Of a stretch of DNA of 64,000 bases, positions 58,250 through 64,000 are shown piece by piece. How positions within the stretch are numbered: the first letter of the stretch is position 1; each line of letters starts with the position of its first letter. The position numbers and the translations under genes are program-made. The notes beneath the pieces were generated by a model that saw nothing but the letters and a program-made list of their open reading frames with translations, did no database searches and was not told where the DNA came from. Origin of the DNA: an uncultured Candidatus Saccharibacteria bacterium (lineage in GTDB: Bacteria; Patescibacteriota; Minisyncoccia; Phycocordibacterales; UBA2100). The stretch lies in assembly GCA_964623775.1 (NCBI GenBank), contig CAZUVH010000001.1:284784-348783 (forward strand), given 5' to 3'.

Positions 58250-58376
58250 ACTGCATTCAGAGTAGCATCACCATTTACACGCACAAGTGTGGCTGTGATT
58301 AAGAAAAATTTTCGAGCAAAATAAAGTTTCAAAAAACATTCTGAAAATTTTCTCGAAAAAATATTTTATATAAAAG

Positions 58377-58385
58377 TTATCCACA
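58377..58385 (+). promoter_or_regulatory. Consensus DnaA box in AT-rich region
   Basis: TTATCCACA inside the AT-rich stretch 58300-58440. Confidence 0.4.
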
Positions 58386-58512
58386 CAAAAAAATATTTTT
58401 CACTCGTAAACATCACATGAGTGCAATAATTAATAAAACGCTCTTCGCATCATAAATGTGCGAGTGCGGGTCGAGCTTAGCACTCCAAGTAAAAGTGATC
58501 ACTGAAAATACT

Positions 58513-58560
58513 ATGGCAAAGAAGAAGAAGGCAAAGGCGAAGAAAAAGAAGCGCCTCTAA
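58513..58560 (+). CDS. Putative 15-aa Lys-rich micropeptide MAKKKKAKAKKKKRL
   Basis: ATG..TAA in intergenic space, immediately followed by a strong terminator. Confidence 0.5.
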   Translation: MAKKKKAKAKKKKRL

Positions 58561-58566
58561 TCTCCT

Positions 58567-58600
58567 GAAGATCCCTCCAACCGGAGGGATCTTCTTTTAT
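58567..58600 (+). terminator. Intrinsic terminator
   Basis: 12-bp stem GAAGATCCCTCC-AACC-GGAGGGATCTTC followed by TTTTAT. Confidence 0.75.
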
Positions 58601-58677
58601 ATCGATGTGAATTGATGTAAATCTTATGATTTCAGAACTCCTCGGTCCGGCAACTTAAAAGAACACATTCCTTTATG

Positions 58678-58706
58678 TTGCACTCACCCTACGTCGCCTG
58701 TAGGAT
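58678..58706 (+). promoter_or_regulatory. secA promoter
   Basis: TTGCAC-17 nt-TAGGAT, 6 nt before ATG 58713. Confidence 0.6.
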
Positions 58707-58712
58707 AACCCA

Positions 58713-61292
58713 ATGGCATTTTGGAGGCGTTTTATAGGTGATGAAAATACGGCCGCGCTTAAGCGTGCTGAGCCGATTGTGGCAAAGGTTAACGCCCTTG
58801 AGGACTCCATAAAGGCACTTTCCGACCTGGAGCTCAGGGATAAAACGACCGAGTTTAAGAACCGTTTTGCGGCTGGCGAGTCGCTTGATGATATGGCACC
58901 CGAAGCCTTTGCGGTTGTCCGAGAAGCCTCGCGGCGCACGCTCGGCCAGCGGCACTTCGATGTGCAGCTCATCGGAGGCATGATCCTGCACAATGGCGAT
59001 ATCGCCGAGATGCGCACCGGAGAAGGCAAGACGCTCGTCGCGACACTCCCTGCATATTTGAATGCACTGACCGGTAAGGGCGTCCACATTGTCACCGTCA
59101 ACGACTACCTGTCGAGGCGCGATGGGGTTTGGATGGGGCAGATATATGATGCGCTCGGCCTTTCTGTTGGCATCATCAACCACGAAGCGTCGTTCCTCTA
59201 CGATCCCTCATTACGCAAGAATCCGGACGACACAGTGGCTGACGACGCCATACGCGATGAGACAGGAAGCTTCAAAGTCGTGCACGAATTCATGCGCCCC
59301 TGCACGAGGCATGAAGCGTATGCCGCCGATATTACATACGGGACCAACAACGAATTCGGCTTTGATTACTTGCGCGACAATTTGGAATACGAGCCCGAGC
59401 GCCTGAGGCAGCGTGTGCCTGATAAGGGAGGCTATCATTTTGCGATCGTAGACGAGATCGACTCCATATTGATCGACGAGGCGCGCACGCCGCTCATTAT
59501 CTCGGCTCCGATCTCTGATGCCGAGTCGCTCTACGGGCGTTTTGCCGAGATCGCGGCAAGCCTATCTCGGGACGAGGATTACGTGGTCGACGAGAAACAT
59601 CGCTCAATCGCACTCACTGATAGCGGTATCGAGAAGGCGCAGGCCAAACTCGGCATCGACAATATATATACGGATGCAGGCATCAAGTACGTGCATCATC
59701 TCGAGACCGCTGTCCGCGCCAAGGCGCTCTACCATCGCGACAAAGACTACGTGATCAATGGCGGGGAAGTCGTTATTGTCGACGAGCTCACCGGCAGAAT
59801 GCAGCCGGGCAGACGTTGGGCCGAGGGTTTGCACCAAGCGATAGAGGCGAAAGAGGGTGTCTCGGTTCAGCAAGAATCGCGTACATTTGCCTCAATTACG
59901 TTCCAAAATTACTTCCGTCTCTACGATAAATTGGCCGGCATGACGGGCACCGCCATCACCTCGTCGGAGGAGTTCTACAAGGTATACGGGCTGAATACTG
60001 TCGTTGTACCGACCAATAAAAAGACTGAGCGAAAGGATTCTGAAGACCTCATCTTTCAGACAGAGTCAGGCAAGATGAAGGCAATCGCAAAGCGCGTGAA
60101 AGAGCTGCACGACAGAGGGCAGCCGGTGCTCATCGGCACCGCATCAGTCGAAAAGAACGAGCTCCTCTCGGTCTACTTCAAGCAGGAGGGGATACCGCAC
60201 GAGATTTTGAATGCAAAGAACCACGAGCGCGAGGGCGAGATCATTGCGCAGGCAGGAAGAAAGGGTGGCGTGACAGTCGCCACCAACATGGCTGGTCGCG
60301 GCGTCGACATCAAGCTTGGCGGGAATCCGGCGACTCCTGAAGAGTACGAGGAGGTCAAGACACGCGGCGGTCTTTTCGTACTCGGTACCGAAAGACATGA
60401 GGCGCGCCGTATCGACAACCAGTTGCGCGGTCGCGCTGGTCGTCAGGGCGATCCTGGCGAGACTCAATTTTACGTGTCACTCGAGGACTCGCTCATGCGT
60501 GTATTTGCGTCCGATGTAATCAAGCGTGTGATGGGCACTTTCAAGATCCCAGAAGATGAGCCGATCTACAATTCCATGATCACGCGTGCACTTGAAAAGG
60601 CGCAGACGCGCATCGAGGAGATCAATTTCGACTCGCGAAAACACGTACTTTCGTACGATGACGTTTTGAATATTCAAAGGCAGAGCATTTATGCCCGTCG
60701 CCGCACTCTTTTGATCGGAGGCGCTGCTGCAGTCGACGAGGAGCTCGCGCGTATTGCCGAAGCGGAGACCGTCCAGTTTGAAGTGAACGCTGAGGGCGAG
60801 CAGGTTGAGGTAAAGACAGAAGCATTCTCTACGGTTATCGAAAGAAAGAAAGGAGAGTTTGGCGAATCATTCCACATGGCAGTACGCCGGTTCCTTCTCC
60901 AGACCATCGATTATCTCTGGGTGGAAAATCTCGAAGCAATGGAATACTTACGCTCGAGCGTAAATCTGCGGGCATACGGACAGCGTGATCCACTTGTCGA
61001 ATACAAGAAAGAGGGCCTGAGACTCTTCCGGGGCATGGAGGATACGTACACGGCTCATGTCAAAAACATACTGCCCAATATCACGCCGCAGGGGGCACCG
61101 GTCGCCCGCGAGAGCCAAGTTATCCACAAAGCGGCAGCGGCTATTACATCGAATTCTGGCAACGCACCGAAGACCGAGTATGGTAGAAACGATCACGTTG
61201 TCATCACGAATGGAGTCGAGCGGAAGGAAATGAAATACAAAAAAGCGGAGCCCCTCTTGGCGAGCGGAGAGTGGAAGATAGTCCGAGAATAA
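58713..61292 (+). CDS. secA: Preprotein translocase subunit SecA
   Basis: MRTGEGKT, VTVNDYL, DEIDSILIDEARTPLIIS, ATNMAGRG, RRIDNQLRGRAGRQGDPG. Confidence 0.98.
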   Translation: MAFWRRFIGDENTAALKRAEPIVAKVNALEDSIKALSDLELRDKTTEFKNRFAAGESLDDMAPEAFAVVREASRRTLGQRHFDVQLIGGMILHNGDIAEMRTGEGKTLVATLPAYLNALTGKGVHIVTVNDYLSRRDGVWMGQIYDALGLSVGIINHEASFLYDPSLRKNPDDTVADDAIRDETGSFKVVHEFMRPCTRHEAYAADITYGTNNEFGFDYLRDNLEYEPERLRQRVPDKGGYHFAIVDEIDSILIDEARTPLIISAPISDAESLYGRFAEIAASLSRDEDYVVDEKHRSIALTDSGIEKAQAKLGIDNIYTDAGIKYVHHLETAVRAKALYHRDKDYVINGGEVVIVDELTGRMQPGRRWAEGLHQAIEAKEGVSVQQESRTFASITFQNYFRLYDKLAGMTGTAITSSEEFYKVYGLNTVVVPTNKKTERKDSEDLIFQTESGKMKAIAKRVKELHDRGQPVLIGTASVEKNELLSVYFKQEGIPHEILNAKNHEREGEIIAQAGRKGGVTVATNMAGRGVDIKLGGNPATPEEYEEVKTRGGLFVLGTERHEARRIDNQLRGRAGRQGDPGETQFYVSLEDSLMRVFASDVIKRVMGTFKIPEDEPIYNSMITRALEKAQTRIEEINFDSRKHVLSYDDVLNIQRQSIYARRRTLLIGGAAAVDEELARIAEAETVQFEVNAEGEQVEVKTEAFSTVIERKKGEFGESFHMAVRRFLLQTIDYLWVENLEAMEYLRSSVNLRAYGQRDPLVEYKKEGLRLFRGMEDTYTAHVKNILPNITPQGAPVARESQVIHKAAAAITSNSGNAPKTEYGRNDHVVITNGVERKEMKYKKAEPLLASGEWKIVRE

Positions 61293-61400
61293 TTGATCTC
61301 GGCATCCGATATCGTCTTGATCTAGGCGACATCTCGGGGGCTCTCGGTCGCCCCCTATCCACCGCACCGAACACTACGTCAGGGGTAGTCGGTCGATCCC

Positions 61401-61437
61401 CACCACTGCTATTGGCAGTGGTGATTTGTATATTTTT
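61401..61437 (+). terminator. Hairpin/terminator downstream of secA
   Basis: CACCACTGC-TATTG-GCAGTGGTG followed by a T-rich tract. Confidence 0.45.
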
Positions 61438-61553
61438 GCGCGCGATGTTCTCTCGATGGAAAGGGGCGCGACCTCGTTTTATACGTTAGAAACTTGCATG
61501 ACACGGTTTACGAAAATTGGCTTGCAGGGGGAGCGGGTGGTACAGTGTCCGAC

Positions 61554-63008
61554 ATGAGCGAATACGTCCCGACCATAGGTCTTGAGATACACGCCGAGCT
61601 TCGCACCAAGACGAAGATGTTCTGTAATTCAAAGAACGATCCGGACGAGACGCGCCCCAATGTAAACGTGTGCCCCGTGTGCCTAGCGCATCCGGGGACT
61701 CTTCCTGTGGTCAATAAAGAGGCTGTGCGACACGTCCTCAAGGTCGGGCTCGCAATTGGTGCGAAGTTGGCCGACTACACCGAGTTTGATCGCAAGAACT
61801 ATTTCTATCCGGATCTCCCAAAAGGGTATCAGATCAGTCAGTATGAGTACCCGCTCGTTTCAAAAGGGGTACTGAACGGAGTCGAAATTACGCGCATTCA
61901 CCTTGAAGAAGACACGGCGAGTTCGGTGCACGACGAGGCACGCGGGATGACCATGATCGATTACAATCGCGCAGGCGTCCCTTTGATGGAGCTTGTCACC
62001 GAACCAGTCATTCATAGTGCCGAGGAAGCCGGCGCGTTTGCCCGAGAACTCCAGATTCTCCTACGGTATCTCGGCGCAAGCGAAGCGAATATGGAGAAAG
62101 GGGAAATGCGCGTCGAGGCCAATGTATCGGTCAGCAAAACAGGCGAGCTCGGCACGAAGACAGAGATAAAAAATTTAAATTCATTTCGCGCGATGGAGCG
62201 AGCAGTAGCATACGAGATCAAGCGCCAGACCGAGATTTTGGAGCGGGGCGAGAAGGTGGTGCAGCAGACGCTGGGCTGGGACGAGACCAAGCAGCAGACC
62301 TTCCCCCAGCGAATCAAGGAAGGCAGCGCCGACTATCGATATTTCCCTGATCCCGATATACCGTCTTTCAGGCTCAGCGAGGTCGCAGAACTCGCCACGG
62401 AGACACTCCAGTCACGCATGCCCGAGCTACCGTCTCAGCGACGGGAGAGGTATCTCAGTCAGGGCATCAAACCGGGTGATACAGAGCTCTTTGTCAGGGA
62501 GCCATCGCTCGGAGTCTTTTTTGACACCGTTACAAGCGAGATCAGTGACAAAGCACGCATCACACTCGCTGCAAATTACATAGCCAACGACCTCGTAAAC
62601 ATCATACGTACGGATGCAATGACCGGTGCACGAGAAGTCGAAAAACGAGAAACAGACTTACATGCCGAGATCCCCATATCGGCACAGAATTTCAAGAAAA
62701 TTATCGAACTTATAGCGGATGGCAAAATATCATCCCGATCGGCAAAGGATCTTCTAGCGGCGGCAATTTCTGAAAAAAAGGATCCTGAAGTCATAGCGAA
62801 AGAGAGGGATTTATTCCAGAAGAATGACGCAGGTCAGATTGAGATTGTGGTGGACGAAATTTTGGCGAAAAACGGTCCCGTCGTGGCAGACTATAAGGCT
62901 GGTAAGCTGGCAGCGCTCGAATTTCTGGTCGGTCAGGGCATGAAGGCGCTTCGCGGCGCTACAAATCCTCAGGCATTGAGAGAAATGATCCAAAAAAAGC
63001 TCGCGTAA
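61554..63008 (+). CDS. gatB: Asp-tRNA(Asn)/Glu-tRNA(Gln) amidotransferase subunit B
   Basis: IGLEIHAEL, FDRKNYFYPDLPKGYQISQ, RIHLEED, DYNRAGVPLME, EIKNLNSF, DYRYFPDPD; start at ATG 61554. Confidence 0.97.
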   Translation: MSEYVPTIGLEIHAELRTKTKMFCNSKNDPDETRPNVNVCPVCLAHPGTLPVVNKEAVRHVLKVGLAIGAKLADYTEFDRKNYFYPDLPKGYQISQYEYPLVSKGVLNGVEITRIHLEEDTASSVHDEARGMTMIDYNRAGVPLMELVTEPVIHSAEEAGAFARELQILLRYLGASEANMEKGEMRVEANVSVSKTGELGTKTEIKNLNSFRAMERAVAYEIKRQTEILERGEKVVQQTLGWDETKQQTFPQRIKEGSADYRYFPDPDIPSFRLSEVAELATETLQSRMPELPSQRRERYLSQGIKPGDTELFVREPSLGVFFDTVTSEISDKARITLAANYIANDLVNIIRTDAMTGAREVEKRETDLHAEIPISAQNFKKIIELIADGKISSRSAKDLLAAAISEKKDPEVIAKERDLFQKNDAGQIEIVVDEILAKNGPVVADYKAGKLAALEFLVGQGMKALRGATNPQALREMIQKKLA

Positions 63009-63101
63009 ATAGCGGTGAGCAATATCTATCCATAGATAGCGAACGAATACTTCGGCTCGCCGGTCATTGTTAGAGAAAATATCTCGCGGTATACTTCTGG
63101 C

Positions 63102-63980
63102 ATGACAGACGAGCTAACTATTGAAGGAAAGCAGTATATCTCGTCCAAGCGAGCAGCGGATTTAAGCGGTTATGCGCAGGATTATGTCGGCCAACTCGCT
63201 AGAAAGGGGCTTATAGATGCGCAGAGAATCGGTGGACTCTGGTATGTGTTCATGGAATCCCTCGCAAAGTATAAAGAGAAGGCAGATGCGTACGTGCCCA
63301 TACCCCCGCAGGCCATTCATAAGAACGAAAATCCCGACACACTGATCTCATTTGATGGTAAAGACTATGTCTCGGCTGCGAGAGCTGCCGAGATTACCGG
63401 GTATCACCAGGATTATGTGGGGCAACTCGCGCGATCAGGCAAGATCCTATCTCGGCAGGTAGGCAATCGGTGGTATGTGGACCGGGATGGGATATTGGCA
63501 CACAAGGAGGAAAAAGACAGTCTCCTCGGCGCCGTACAATCACAGGCTGTCGGTATAAAGCCCGTCATGCCGAAAACAGAGCCATACATCGATAAAATTC
63601 AGTCTTGGGAGCCTCTCAACTATCAAAATGATTCAGGCGCACTCATCCCTGAGCTCCCCGCAAGAGCAGAGCCAGTAGAAGAGAAAGAGCCAGAAGAAAG
63701 TTCTCAAGAAGACACAGTGGCGCGTGTACCGATTCGGATAGTCGAGAATACAAGGAGACAGGCCGCGCCCATCAAAAACGACCTAAAGAAAATAGCCACA
63801 AAAAGAGCGGGTATACCCAGAAAGACTATATTTTACAGCGTATTTTTAATTACAGTATTTATCGCTCTGGCAGCATTTCTGGTCAGCAGACCATCAAGCG
63901 TCATCATAAGGTACGCGATCTCAGTGGGTGACGTTCTTGAGCCGGTAGTGACCAAAGAGCTCATATACACCCAAAACTAG
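63102..63980 (+). CDS. Tandem Xis/MerR-like helix-turn-helix protein with C-terminal TM anchor
   Basis: Two copies of Y(I/V)S..RAA...GY.QDYVGQLAR.G.I...(R/Q).G..WYV; hydrophobic helix near C-terminus. Confidence 0.75.
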   Translation: MTDELTIEGKQYISSKRAADLSGYAQDYVGQLARKGLIDAQRIGGLWYVFMESLAKYKEKADAYVPIPPQAIHKNENPDTLISFDGKDYVSAARAAEITGYHQDYVGQLARSGKILSRQVGNRWYVDRDGILAHKEEKDSLLGAVQSQAVGIKPVMPKTEPYIDKIQSWEPLNYQNDSGALIPELPARAEPVEEKEPEESSQEDTVARVPIRIVENTRRQAAPIKNDLKKIATKRAGIPRKTIFYSVFLITVFIALAAFLVSRPSSVIIRYAISVGDVLEPVVTKELIYTQN

Positions 63981-64000
63981 TCCAGCTTGGCACTAGACTC

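Noticed and set aside
58477-58503. CIRCE element
   Set aside because: The left half TTAGCACTC is present but the right half at N9 is GTGATCACT, not GAGTGCTAA.

Overview
This window looks like a Patescibacteria (CPR, Parcubacteria-like) chromosome segment. That assignment is an inference from the SecA C-terminus, the tandem-HTH membrane protein and the promoter style. About 54 kb (1-54500) is one very large surface-glycan locus. It holds an ADP-heptose pathway, pseudaminic-acid-type genes (pseB, pseC, pseI, two cytidylyltransferases) and two HisH/HisF/WbuX amidotransferase modules. It also has NDP-sugar C-methyltransferases, many SAM methyltransferases, glycosyltransferases, an ABC flippase, two GT-C-like membrane proteins and an O-antigen ligase/O-OTase-TPR protein. 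Embedded in it are a three-gene split ATP-citrate lyase and an ATP-grasp/aminotransferase/aldolase module. After the locus come a secreted lipase-like protein, a structured intergenic region, a 15-aa Lys-rich ORF, secA, gatB and a tandem-HTH membrane protein. The most striking observations are: (1) a 299-bp element with terminal inverted repeats and a 4-5 bp target-site duplication that encodes only an 89-aa GIY-YIG nuclease and sits exactly at the hisF start codon; (2) a four-helix-bundle gene enclosed by heptamer inverted repeats, with an internally deleted second copy about 2 kb away; (3) pervasive -10 boxes 6 nt before ATG, suggesting leaderless, individually promoted genes.
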